From: Geosiphon pyriformis uo1
Taxonomy: Eukaryota > Fungi > Glomeromycota
Direction: 5' to 3'
Assembly (NCBI GenBank): GCA_016748015.1
Contig: JAAOMT010000436.1
Coordinates: forward strand, 362,703-426,702
DNA length: 64,000 bases
Of this stretch, positions 51,107 through 63,845 are shown piece by piece (the first letter of the stretch is position 1; each line of letters starts with the position of its first letter). The translations under genes and the position numbers were made by a program. Under the pieces are notes generated by a model. That model saw only the letters and a program-made list of their open reading frames with translations, made no database searches and had not been told where the DNA came from.

Positions 51107-51799
51107 TTTTGGTTTGGTGTTGTTGGTACTGGTTCTCTGTAGGATTATACCTCACAGGGAGCACCAAATGTTACAGGTGATTATTTTTGCTGTTGAATTA
51201 AATAACAAACCTGTAACTTGGTGCTCAAAAGCTACTTCCGTTGAGGCTGTTCTGCAGGTGCTGTATCTGAAGGTTTTGATGGATCTGAAGGTTTTGGTTG
51301 AGTCTTTTGTATAATGAACAGAGATTTAATAGTGTCAATAGTAGAGATATTTTTCAAGAGTTTTCCCAATTTCTTTCTCAGCATGGTGGCCGGATTTAGT
51401 CTGGCAGTCGTGCCCTTCTGGTAAGCTATCTGATAATATATAAAAATCCTACCTGTATTTCTGGGTCTTTTACCAGGCTATCCTTGACGTCAATAACTCA
51501 GTGCTTAATTGTTTATTAATTAGTATATAACAACAAATCAAAATAAAATAAAGAAAAAAGAAATAAAAGAAAATAAAGAAAGCAAAAAAATAAGCCAAGG
51601 TGATTTGCAGATTAGTATCCCGTCAATAGCCGTGATCAAGAGCTATTGTTCCAGTATGGGTCAAGTATTAATTACTATCAACATAAAGGGTTGATAGTGG
51701 GGAATTGGATGGAGATATAAAATAATTATTTATTTGATAATTGCGTTTCTAGGCTAAAGATTCTGTGGTATCGATTCTGTCTTTTCTGTTTCTAATACT

Positions 51800-52012
51800 A
51801 CTGCTATATATACATAATTGAGATTCCTCAATTCCTCGATTCTTCATGACAGGAATCCTGGAATTCCTGGAATCTTGCAATTCCTTTGAAAGGAATCCTG
51901 GAATTCTGGAATCCTGCAATTTCTCGTTGGGAATCTTAAAATTTCTGGAATCCTGCAATTCCTGAGAGGAATCCTGGAATTCCACATTTACTACGCTTAC
52001 TTCTGATTGGCT
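51800..52012 (-). promoter_or_regulatory. Family-B LTR promoter: CCAAT box, GGAAT(T)CC array, TATA box
   Basis: AGCCAATCAG at ~52005, dense GGAATTCC/GGAATCCTG units 51825-51985, GTATATATAG at ~51805; also 42505-42717. Confidence 0.65.
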
Positions 52013-55000
52013 AATAATTATGCTAATATATTTCTTATATTTCTATGAGTAACAGCATCTCCAATTGTCACACTGTTCAATTGGTGATAGTCAACACAAA
52101 ATCTGATTTTTCCATTTTTTTTTTTGACAAGGACTACTGGTGAGGCCCAAGGACTTCTTGATGGTTGAATCAATCCATTATTAAGCATTCTCTGGACTTC
52201 TTCTCTAATGAATTGATGACTGACAGATGGCACTCTGTAAGCTTGCTGACGTTTTGGTGAAGCATCCTCTGTATGGATCTGATGTTGAACAATATCCGTT
52301 TTTCCCAAGTTATTGTTGTTTTTTGCAAATATATCTGCAAATTCAGCTATCAATTGTTTCAATTGTCTTTGTTGTTAAGGTTCTAAGGGATCCATGTTAA
52401 TATGAGAGAGTTTTTCTTTCAAAAGATGGTAGTTTTCAATGGTAAGAATGATATTTGGATTTGGAAGTAGAGTATGCCTTACAATTTCGATAAAATTAGA
52501 GACAATTTGAGGGTTTTCATCTTGAAAAATATTGCTGTGTATGATTCCAATCTCTAATTTGTTTAATAAGACAATAGGGTAATTATTGGAGTTGTAGAAT
52601 GTAACTCAAAATTTTTTCATTCCTTTGGAAATATAAACATTTGGAATTGAGATTTCATGCTTCAAACAGATTTGTTCATTGGATTCAAAGATTTATTGGG
52701 TAGTAGTGGGTTTTGAGCAAGTGTAAATTTCATAATGTTCTTCAAAAGATGAAATGGTAATTGGTTGGGGAAGTTGAAAAATCTGGTAAGATTCATTTTG
52801 TGTATTAAGAGCTATGTTTACTGGAACTGTAAATCATTCAGTTGAACCAAAACCTTGAGTTCCTCTTTCACTTTTTCCCAATTGTTCTCTGTTGTTTACT
52901 GATTGTAAACCTGAAATGTTGATTAAGAGTAAGTAAATTGCTTGAACAATTTTTTCAGCATGTTCAATTTTGAATGGTTTGTCTGTCTCATTTTGTAACA
53001 TGATAGTAATGTTTCCAATATATCCTGCATCTATAACCCCTTCTCTAATATTGATTCCTTTGCTTGCTAATGATGATCTGGAGGCAATTTGAACCATTGC
53101 TCTTGGTGGTATTTCAAGAGCAATTTTGAGATTGATTTTTGTCAAGAACTTTGGTTGGAGAACCAAATTATCTTTTCCTGGGTATTTTAGATTATATCCA
53201 GCATCAATTTCGTGTGCTTTTTCTGGTCTGATTCCTTGGCCATGGTTGTCAAAATATTTAAGTTGTAGAGGTGGTTGCTTTTCAAGAAGATAGATGACAG
53301 TGGTTGGTAGTTTTTCTACTAGTTTAGATACTCCAAATTCGATTTCATTTTTATCATTCTCATCTGGCAGAGGAATGCTAAGAGCATAACATTCTAAACA
53401 CCATTGGTCATCACAAGGCATAACATATTCTTCACACAATTGAATGTTTATTTGCTCTAATCATTGAATTTGAGCTTCTTTGGTCGGATATGTGTGGCTT
53501 GCAATTTGGTAATAGGTTTCTACTTCATCTTCATAATCAAATCCAGCTAATTCTATGGTATACTCAATATATTCAGCTTCTTTCATTTGGCAGATATCTT
53601 CTTGAGTGGCTCCATTGATCAATGTCATTGCTAGATCAAAAATCATTTCAGCATCATGAAGGTAGTGGTAAAGTTTATTGAGAGCACTGTTGTATGCTGC
53701 ATCAAATGGTGTTCCTCTTCTAACTTTTTCCGAAATTGATAGAGCATATTGACAGGTTTGATCATATACTCCTCTTCTCATTGCTACATTAATCCAATTG
53801 CATTCTTCTGATAGCCTTTCTCCACAAGTAAGACAAGGAGTTTTGTTCCATTTTCTACTTCTCTTTGGGGATTCAAATTGTTCTCTATGGCATGCCTTGC
53901 AGAAGTAGCAAGTGGAAGTTTTGTATTTCTCTTCTGAGAAAATACAGGCTCCCATAGATGAAAGCTTCTTTTTGCAATCTTTGCATTTTAGTGGAATGTA
54001 TGGTGGTTTTTTTCGTAGTTCTGGTGTAAAATATCTAACTTTCTTCCATCCTCTTGATTCTTCTAAATCTCTTGTTCTGTTTCCTCAACCCAATTGGATA
54101 GTAATCCAAGAGCCATGTAGGTTTCAATGAGTGGCATTTCTTTCTCTTTTTCAAATTCAAATAATAAAGCTTTTTCTGATTGTTTGTTAAAGATACCACA
54201 GGTTGCAAGTACTATGGTATATTGTCCTTGGTATAAGATTTTAAGTTCTTAAGTTTCCCAGTTCAGGTTTGCATTGGCCTTGAGAAGCCAATCATTTCCG
54301 ACTAGAGCTTGGTATTGGGGTGCATCCATAACAAGAACTTTAACTGGAATGATGATTCCATCAATTGTAAAGAGGAAATCATCAATTTCTCCTACTGGAG
54401 TCTTCTTTATACCATCAGCTGTGACAATAACTGTTTGAGCTGGTCTATCTACATTTTGTTTGAATTGTTGCATCAGTTGGTAAGTGATGATACTTCCAGC
54501 CGATTTACTATCTAAGATTAAGCGAATGGGTTTTCCTTCCACTATAGCTTCTGTGTACATAGCAGTAATTGCTTTCTGTTCATTAACTACTGCATTACTA
54601 AGCAGAAATGGTGATTCATTTGCTTTAAATTCAAATGGAAATATATCTAACAGATTGGCATTTTGGGCAATTTGAGCTGGTGGAATGGTGTGGTTGAAAG
54701 GGTTTGATCTTGGTGCTGCAACTTTACCTTCAGAAAGTGCAGTTTGTTGAAAATCCAATTCCTCTGGTATTGTAAGATAACTGGGTTGAGTGTGATAGTG
54801 ATTGGGTCTTTGCTGACCAGAATTTCGGGGAACCAACTGGTTATTTGGATTGATTCTGTTGTTGTTGTTACTCTGCAATTGATTTTGGGGTGTAAATTGG
54901 TTATGTTGAACCAATCTTCTTGTTAGTACTTGATATTGTTAAATGAGTAGTGTCTGATATGGCTAAATTAGTAAAGGTTGCTAATATTGTTGCTGCATTG

Positions 55001-57249
55001 ATTGTGGAGCTGGTGGATAGTAACTGTTTTGATTTTGTGGTCTTGGTAAATAATAGGTTGGTGGTGGAGATTGGTAATAAAATTGTTGTGGTAAAGAGTA
55101 ACGTTGATTACTCCTGTTTTGTTGGTCTCTTTGTAATTTCCTACAATCTCGTTTCCAGTGTTCTAGAATTCCACAATAATGACAATTTTGAGGTTGGTTG
55201 TTGAATGGTGATCCAAAATTGTTTTGGTTGTGTCATTGTGGGGGTTGATATCTTTGTGGTTGTTGTTGCTATTGTTGTTGGTTTGTGAAGTAGCTTTCAA
55301 CCTTTTTTGTGAGTTGATCTATCTTCTCTTCAGCTGCTGAACTGGTTTCTCCAATTGCAAGGTTTACAAGCTTGGTGTAATTTGCTTCTTCTGTTGCTAT
55401 TTCATAGCTCTTTGCATGTCTAATAGCAGTTGCTAAGTCTGCTAGAGCATGTGAATGGACTTTTTTAATTAGTTTGTCTTTTAACCCTGCTAAAAACTGA
55501 TCCAGAATTTGAGCATCAGAATAATAGTCATTGGTTTCCAATTGTCAGATTCATCTGAGAAGTTTGTTAAATATTCCAAAATAGGTCATAACAGTTTCAG
55601 ATGTTTCTTGTTTGATATTGCAAAAACAGTTTCTGAGAGTGATAGAGGTATTATTGTCAGTGAATTGTTGTAAAAAAGCATTTTTGAATGCTTGCCAATT
55701 TTCAAATGGTTCTTCTAAATTTTCAAATCATTCTCCTGCTGTTCCTTAGAGAAAGTAGAGAATTGCTTTAAGCATTCTTGCTGCAATCCAACCATTTACA
55801 TTTCCTGCTTTTTGAACTTTGTCAAGCCATTCTTGAGGACTGGTATCATTGTTTTCACCAGTGAATTCTGGAATTTTTGCAATGTAAGCAGTTGTCATTT
55901 CTTTTTTGTTTCCTGTGATTTCTTCTGGTTCTGATTCAGTTTCTTCACTTTCCAAGCTTTTTGAATAATTACTTTCGTTTTCCTGTAAGTAATCAATGAT
56001 ATTGGCACTTGTTAATATTGGTTCTTATTGTTGAGTAGGATTTCTAGGTGACTGAAAATCTTCTGGTCTGGAGAAACAGTTAAGTAGTAAACTTGGTGTT
56101 TGTAGTTGAACAAGTGAAATTAGAAATGATGTAATAGAAAGTGGTAATTTAACACTGGTTCCTTGTTCAGGTGTTTGCAAGTGTTTGACAGTTGTCTTTA
56201 ATAGTATTGGAGTGTTTGAAGTGATTCTTGAATATTGTTTCACTTTTTGTTTGTCTTTGTTGCTTGTCTCTGTTTTTGATTTAAAGTTAAAAGAGTATTT
56301 GGGCTGTACTGGGTATTTTTCTTTACAGTACTCAATAATATTAAAATTAAGTTCTTGGAAGTAAGTAGCAAGTGTTTCACTGTTCAGGTTTTCTGTTTCC
56401 AATTGTGAATAGTGCACTAAATTATTGTAGAGGTTGCTTCTAACTTCTGAAATATTGTAGTTTCCAAAAAGATAATTGTTAATGCAATTTTCAATATATT
56501 GGTATACTGATTTCTTAAAAACTTCAATTCCGTCTAGAATGTTGAATCTTTGCTTGCAGTGGGTGTAAATTGACTGATGATACTCTAGAGTTGTTGTGTC
56601 TGGTGTGGTCACCACTTTGAATTTGTTGTTACTGTGTTATTTCTGTGAGAAAGCACCAAATATTACTGGAGGTTTTTGGTCTCTTTTCTTAAATATTGTA
56701 AATGTTTGTTGATTGCAAATTCACGTTTTCTAGAAGTAGTTAAACCTCCAATAACTGAATTTATCTTCAAATTATCTTTTATAATTTGAACTTGCTGGGC
56801 TTATAAGTAGAATGGCCAATTCCTTGCCAGTTACTTTATGTAGTTATATTGTAGTAAACATCAACTCTTTCCCAGGAATTGTTTGTCTGGAAGTTCACTA
56901 AAAATGTGTAGTTACTTTGCTGTGAAATTCAACTCTTCTACAGGAATCTCGTCTGTAGGCTACTTTAATAATTATAATAAGAAAATAAAAGAAATATAAA
57001 AGAAATGTAAAAGAAATTGAATTCTGTTAAAGGAAACGTTTTCTATCCAGACCTGGAATCACTAACAGTTTACTGAAATTGGTAGCTAATCAATTTCAAA
57101 ACATTAGTTGGGTTTTGGGGATTTTCCAAGTGCAATAATTAAAGAATTTGGTTTTTTGAATTATTTGATATTTATTTTTTTTTGTGTGTGTAGGAATGGT
57201 TCTAAGTGATAAATCTAAAGTAAGATACATTTTCTTGAAAAGAAAAGCT

Positions 57250-57540
57250 CTTCTTTTATACAACTTGTTGTAGTACTAGTCTATGAACTTGCACTTTTTC
57301 TCTTTGCTCAACTTTTGGCAAACTAAAGATACATTTTGATGAACTACAAGTTATTTCGCTGAACTATTGATTAATTTGGGTGAACTATTCATAATTTCGG
57401 CAAATTTCTATAAATTTCGGCGAATTTCTTATAAATTTCAGCCAATTTCTGTAAATTTTGGCGAATTTTTGAATGTTACAAAGTTCAGAGTATTGTGTAA
57501 TTTGATCATCCTACTTTCTGTTATACTAATTGGATTATTT
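57250..57540 (-). promoter_or_regulatory. Family-C LTR promoter: CCAAT box, AAATTCGCCGAAATTT array, TATA box
   Basis: CCAATT at ~57530, ~21 bp period units 57335-57470, GTATAAAAG at ~57257; also 38105-38390. Confidence 0.6.
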
Positions 57541-57677
57541 AATTGAATTATAATATGTGATAATTGATTAAATAATAAATGATAATTTGAAATAATATTA
57601 ATATACTAATTAATTATAGGTATTATAAGGGTAATTTTCCTGCTAATTAATAGCTAAAATTCTACTGGTAACAACAT

Positions 57678-60600
57678 GTATTAGCTGAAGGTCTGCTGGT
57701 AAAACTGGCAGCTATGTGCAAGTCAGGGTGCCATACCAAAGACAAATGGAGCCAATCAACCTCAGAAAGCAAACTGCCTGCCAAAAACTTGGAACCAGAG
57801 CCAACCTCCCAGCATACATGACAAACTGAGTAATAAATATCACAGACAAAATGTCTGAAATTGCCAAAAACAACACCACCATCAGCCAGCATGAAGCATT
57901 TACCCAAGTAAGAAGGAAGATACCACCCAGAGAAAGAAGCATCACCAGCTATTACATCTGCACACTCATTTCCTAAAACACCAGAGTGACCTTTAACTTT
58001 ATGTCAACTGACCCTTAAATTTTTACTGCAAATAACATTGAAAATATGACAATGTTTAACCCAATACTGATTATAAAAGTCAGGGCACACCAGATCCAAT
58101 TCTGATCTACAGACATTCAAAGCAGATTGACTATCTGAGAACAATTTAACAGAGCTCAGCAAGGGAATACACTCCAGAATTAGCGCTATAGTCTGCAATT
58201 CTGCTAAAGTTGATGACATCAAACCTGACATACCAATACTCAAACCCACATCAATGTCTTCGAAAAAGGTGGCAGTGCTAGCTCTACATCCAACTGTGTC
58301 CAAATTACTAAGGAACTTATTAGTATACACTGACAAACTGTCAGTATGAACTTGTGAGAAACAATCACAGACAAAAACAAAATCACAAGATTCAAAAATG
58401 TTCAAAGAACCAACACTGGTCAAAACTGAAGGATGAATAAAAGAGGAACTTCTAACATTGAGAAATGCAACAGAGAGCTTGAACCACTTAGGAACAGAGC
58501 CACAGGGGTCTAATCTCTTCCAATGCTTGAAAGTGTGCCAATCAAAGACAGAACCATAATGATCATGAAGTTAATCCACAAAGGCAATACTATACTGCTG
58601 GAGAGAGGAAGAGAACTTGAGAAATTGGAATTTACCCAAAATGTTTGACATAGGGACCCCACCATAAAACCAAAAGGAATTGGCCAAAAAGCCACCCAGG
58701 AACAAATTGCAATTAAAAAGAATGTGAACCATGCCCACCAGAAAATTATTGGAAGCACTGACATGAATATGAATGAGAGAGCTTAATAGATGAACAGAAT
58801 GCCAGTACTGAACTTGCAAGTCATGGGATCTGTAAGAGAATAAACAACTCAGAATACCACCAGAGTTTGCAAAACTAATTAAAGAGACCACTTTGCCTTC
58901 AGACTGGACTTGAAAAAAAGTCTTCAAACCATAAAAGGATGAGTGATAAATTGTATCACTAGGAAAATCAAGTCGCAAGCCAGATTTAAGCTTCAAGCTC
59001 CTTTGAATCATAGCATCCCACTTGTTGCATACACCAACAGGAACAAAACTGAATTGCATCCTATAACTGACTATAAGATGGAGAACTGCTAAAACTAAAT
59101 ACAGGAGCTGCTTATCCAAGATAGCCTTTCTCAGAACCAGATTGGTAAAAAAACGAACATTCGAATTCATCTTAGCCAAACTAGGCTTTGAGAAACCCTC
59201 AGTTGAAAGAAAATACTTAAATACCAATGAGATTCACTCTTTTTTGCAATGGAGATCAGAGATCTACTAATGAAAAGAGAAGAATTATTGGCCCTACTGT
59301 TGATGGGAATTACCACTGTTTTGTCATTATTAATAGAAATGTCATTGATTTGAAAGAATTCACCAACAACATCGAGAATATGTTAAGTAGCCCTCCGACT
59401 ACTATCAACCCAAATTGTATCATTGACAAAGGTGTCAGCAGCGAAAAAAAAAGAAAGCCCAGCCCAAGACTTAGCATGACCACTTTTGGAAACAAAATGA
59501 GAATTCAATCTATACCCACATATACTCTCTTAATGCTTGACTTTGCACAATAAAGAGTCATAAAATATGCATCACAGAAAGGGAAAAAACATCTTTCTTT
59601 GGTCTAAACCATCATGCACATGATAGCCACCTGTTAAACCAAAATCTGTCATAATTTTGTTGGTGCAATTTTTATAAATACCACCAAAGAAATGAATAAA
59701 CTTGCTGCATATTTTGATCCTGACCAAATACTTCTCAAGATATTCCCACCTAACCAAATTGTATGCTTTCCACATGTCTTGCAAAACCAGCCAAAGTTCT
59801 CAGTTTTTTTTCAAAGCATCCTCAATAACCAAACCAATAGCAAAGATGGGAGACTGAGTTGATGTACTCTTCAAAACTGAAAAATTGTTCTCATGAAAAA
59901 CATTAAAAGTGCTGCAAGCCAAAGAAATCCTGTCAGACAGTATCTTGAAAAGAATTTTATGAGCTGTTTTGATTAAAACAATAGAACAGGTATTTGTTAG
60001 AACACCCTCCCACTCATATGGTTTGGGAATTATTGAGACCCAAGCTTCTTTCCAAGGGCTGAGCACAGATTTATTAGACAAACAAGAGTTTAAAAGCACC
60101 AAAAGCATATTCAAAACTGACTTATTACAGTATTTTCAAAGCTCATTCAACACACCTGAAAGACCAGCAGCTTTGTTATCAGGTAGATTAGAAACCACAT
60201 TAACCAACTCATCAAATTTAATTAAACACATGACCCCAGAAAAAGCCTCATCAAAAACATACTTCAATGGTTGATATTGGCAGTGCCATTCACCAGAGAC
60301 ATCATCTACCACCCCATGCTTTCTAGTTCAACTCTCCATGATCACATCCACCTTAGCTTTAACCAAATCAAATTCCAAAATCAGATTGTTATTAACCACC
60401 AGATGATCAAGTGCCACTTTGCAAAAGGGACATTCTAGCACACTTCTAATTGTATGACTCTTATTAATCTCAAAGCTCTCCATTCTTTTATCAATAGCTG
60501 ATCTGATGTTCATCTCCTTAACCCTCAAAGATTTAGCAAGCTTGGTGGCCTGATAAGACTTTCTAGCACCAAAGAGAACAGAGCAGACATGATCAAAACC

Positions 60601-61734
60601 AGTGCCAGAGTTTACAATACCCTGAACAACTGAAGTCTTAACATTGTCCAAAAAACTCCAGCATCTCATAAGAGAATCAAAAATTACAATACTTTTTTCA
60701 TGAGAGGTTTTAACAATCTTGGAAACCAAAAGCTCCAACCTGTGAAACCTTGAAGATTTTTTGGTGAAAACATCATCAAAGTCTTTGAATTATTTCTTCT
60801 TAAACATTTCATTAGCCGACAGAACCATTATTTTGCAAATGATATCTCATATTGCATCCAGATCTAAAAATCTTGCAGAGGCAATAAACACATTTGAGAA
60901 TATTGCAGCATTGGCTGATGTAACACCTTTGAAATTGTTCTATTTACCTTTATCAGCATCTTTGAACTCGAACTTCCACCAATCTCTATTCACTTGTTTG
61001 TAAAGAGAATTCAACTGCTCGTCCAAAAGTCCACCCAAACCCACAGACATAAAAACCACCTGATAATCAGTATCAAAAAATTCACCAACATCAGACACCT
61101 TGTAAACTACCACAGTATTGACCAAGTTCGAAAAAATGAACAAAAAATTGATAGTCCTAGCCACATCTTGAGAGTTAGCCCATGTGGACTTTTTAATGTA
61201 AAAACTTCCACTCAAAGAATTAACCAAACCAAGATCTAGACATTTTCTGTAACTAGCACACTTTCAGGAGCCATCTTCATTGAAGTTGCCACCCAAAACC
61301 ACAAAAGAAGATTTATTAACTACCTTAGCTATCATAAAATTAATATTATTAGATTGAGAGAAACAAACAGCCAAAAATGCCCCAGCATAAAGCCCCAAAA
61401 TTGACACAGAAAGTTTATTTTTGAATAACAACTTGACTGAAAGAAGCTGACCAGGCACCTCAGAAATTCTACTAACATAATGAGCTAGAAAAGTGTTCAT
61501 AATAATCATGATTCTAGCACCAAAAAAGCTCTTGTCCAACCCAGATGAAAAAACTTTGACACCATTGAACTTATCCCTAATTCAAGGCCTGTTGCTAGAC
61601 CTCAGCTTAGTCTCTGTAATTATCAAAACCAAATTCCCTGAATCTCTATGCCAACAAATAATGTCCTCCTGCTTGGCAGAGACATTGATACCACAAAAAT
61701 TACACATTGCAAATTTCCACATGAAGTCACTCAT
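57678..61734 (-). pseudogene. LINE ORF2: AP endonuclease, RT, RNase H (zinc finger continues at 37514-37380)
   Basis: CNFCGIN/ITETKL/LGGNFN endonuclease; DMWKAYN and FVNDT (FVDD-derived) RT; VYTN..AEL..FSDSQSAL RNase H; C-terminal YLYCSDVEALDHVF. Confidence 0.9.
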
Positions 61735-63692
61735 TGGAAAGCAAGAGAAATTGACGAACCTAATTCCAAGCACAAATGATCCAATCTTTCCAAAACAGAT
61801 TCAACTGACACCTTCAAAACCACTATTTTGAACTCTAATCTACCAACTTTAGTGGTTAAAACTTTAGAACTACTTGTACTTAGGTTAATAACTAAATTAG
61901 CAACAACTGAAAAAGAGGAAGAAAGAGATACTGCTGTATCATCAATAGCCATATCTGAGTCCACATTAATTGTAACAGATGTAATAACAACTGAATGAGA
62001 TACATGAGGACTGAACACCAGAGGCACCAATTTCACAAAACTCAATTTTTTCAAAATATCTGAAACCTGGTCTGCTAAAAGCTCCAAAAAGCATTCCAGA
62101 AAAGCCAATTAATCAACCAAACAGAAACCACCAAGAGATTTAGAAACCAATGGGACAAGTTTTGCATTTGAAGATAAGCCAACACCAGAAGAAATCGACG
62201 AAACCACATGAGAAAAAGAACCACCAGCCATCTGGGCCCAAGTTTTCCCATTGAAAGAAACTGGGCGAACAATTGGTGTATGCTTCTTCTTATATATGTT
62301 TGGCAAACGGACCCAATCCTGAAGAGTTATTAACCACTTATCATAAACACCAGAATTCCCACCCAATAAACACTCTGTAGAGATATGATCAAACTGTTTG
62401 CAATAAACACAACGGGCCAAAGAAAGACCAGTCCAGTGCAAATTTACACTCTTAAACACTGGAATAGAACCAATAGTAGCCAATTTAGATGTCTCATCAA
62501 CAAAACACACAATCATATATCTATCATGCACATATGAGCTGGGATTATGGCCAATAAAGCAAGTCTTTCTATCATACAATTCCAACAAATCAGAAAAATT
62601 ATGAGCCATCATATCAACTAAAAGAGTATAAAGCAATGTCTAATAATAATCTCTCACTATCCACAATTTCTTGTTATTTACTGCCAATGCAACATTAACA
62701 GAATCTTTACCCATGAAAACTAACCATTTAGAAGCAACCAAGCCAGCCACATCTGATGAATTAAATTCTATTAAAGCTTTTTGCCAAAGCCCAATCAGTT
62801 GTATCCTAATCGAAATCACCTGACCAAATTTAGAAAATACTGACTCAATCACTGATCTGGAAAGATCCACTAGGATCTTCTTGACAATCATCTCTTAATT
62901 TAAATGGCTGTTTACTTTCCTCAAACCATTATTAACAAAAATTTTCTCACAAATTGCCAATTTTTTTGTCTTTTTCATATTAAACTCAGATGTAAATGAA
63001 GCTCTGATGATCTCTGAGAATTTTGAGGGAGTTAACACTCCCCCAAAACCATCAATTTGATAGAAAATTTTTTTAATTGCAATTAACTTATCATTATTTG
63101 TTTTTCTAGGCACAACAAACAACTCAATATCTAATGCGAATAATTTTACTGGCTCAAAGCTCCTTTTTTCCAGAACACATGATTTAACAAGTGGCAACAG
63201 ATTGGACTCAACAAATCTAGACTTAGGAAGCACTATTTCAGTGTTGTCGTTACTCAAGTTTTTGAAGAATGGTGTTTTTGGCAGCTGTTCTAAGACATAG
63301 GTTCTCATATGCATTTTCTTAGGAGTTGTATCATCCACCATATTATTAGTCTTAGAAGTATTGGAGTTCATGTAACTCATCTCTTCAGCCACTATGTTGT
63401 TTATGTTCCCAACATTGGATATTCTACTAATGCTGATATCTTTACTCTCCATCTCACTACCCTAAGACATCTTACATTCATCACAATCACTCTGTAAAAC
63501 GTGGCCAGGAAGAGGTCTGACCAATGAATCTATCACCATGCCAGTAACATCTGGTTTTTTTGATTTCTTATAAGAGGGACCCCAAGAGTACACACTCTCA
63601 ACATGCGCTTTTTTTTTAGCAACAGCCCAGGATCTCAATCCAGCTGAACCAGAACCAGAACCATCAGCAAAAGAGCCTACTGGATCCATTGC
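61731..63692 (-). pseudogene. LINE ORF1 (RRM-like region and CCHC knuckle)
   Basis: MDPVGS start region; IESVFSKFGQVISI...ALIEF RRM-like segment; CVYCKQFDHISTEC knuckle; fragments share one frame. Confidence 0.85.
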
Positions 63693-63845
63693 AACAAAAT
63701 TGAGTATGTTGGAAAAAATAACTAAAGGTAGCAAGGGGGAAGAAAAAAGAAAAAGCTATATTTTCGGCAGTACAAAAACTCTTATTATGATCAGGGGATT
63801 GACAAGAGAAAGAAAAGAAATTATATTTACACTTAATTTTTATTA

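Larger units (their letters stand above)
41873..52054 (-). mobile_element. Full-length Ty3/Gypsy element C (family-B LTRs 41873-42759 and 51169-52054)
   Basis: ~886 bp TG..CA LTR pair, perfect TSD GCAT, PBS TGGTGCTCCCTGTGAGG 51166-51150, PPT AAAAGGAGGGAA. Confidence 0.97.
40803..56615 (-). pseudogene. Element D gag-PR-Cys-rich-dUTPase-RT-RNase H polyprotein (split by element C at 41873-52054)
   Basis: IPEFTGE gag, LILDSKSAGS protease, AGYNL/RSSLA/GVIDAGYIG/RGTQGFGS dUTPase, YLDD RT, ELEAAAVIWAL RNase H. Confidence 0.9.
37515..57673 (-). mobile_element. Full-length Ty3/Gypsy element D (family-C LTRs 37515-38527 and 56661-57673), interrupted in RT by element C
   Basis: 1013 bp LTR pair, perfect TSD ACAT, PBS TGGTGCTTTCTCACAG ending at 56658, PPT AAAGAGGAGA; RT rejoins as VTIGDA|YSLPRIDN. 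Confidence 0.95.
22503..63844 (-). mobile_element. Apparently full-length LINE (~6.9 kb when reassembled), split into 63844-57678, 37514-37034 and 22786-22503
   Basis: T16 run at 22503-22518 is the poly(A); ATGCTA(TTT) flanks both ends (22497-22502 and 63845-63850); ORF2 reads continuously across the 57674/37514 junction (SANTC|TYFIKALHHQLPV). Confidence 0.85.

Noticed and set aside
51234-51390. GCCACCATG in the LTR as the gag start
   Set aside because: It is out of frame with gag, stops within the LTR, and the ATG is absent (ACA/GTG-type variants) in several LTR copies
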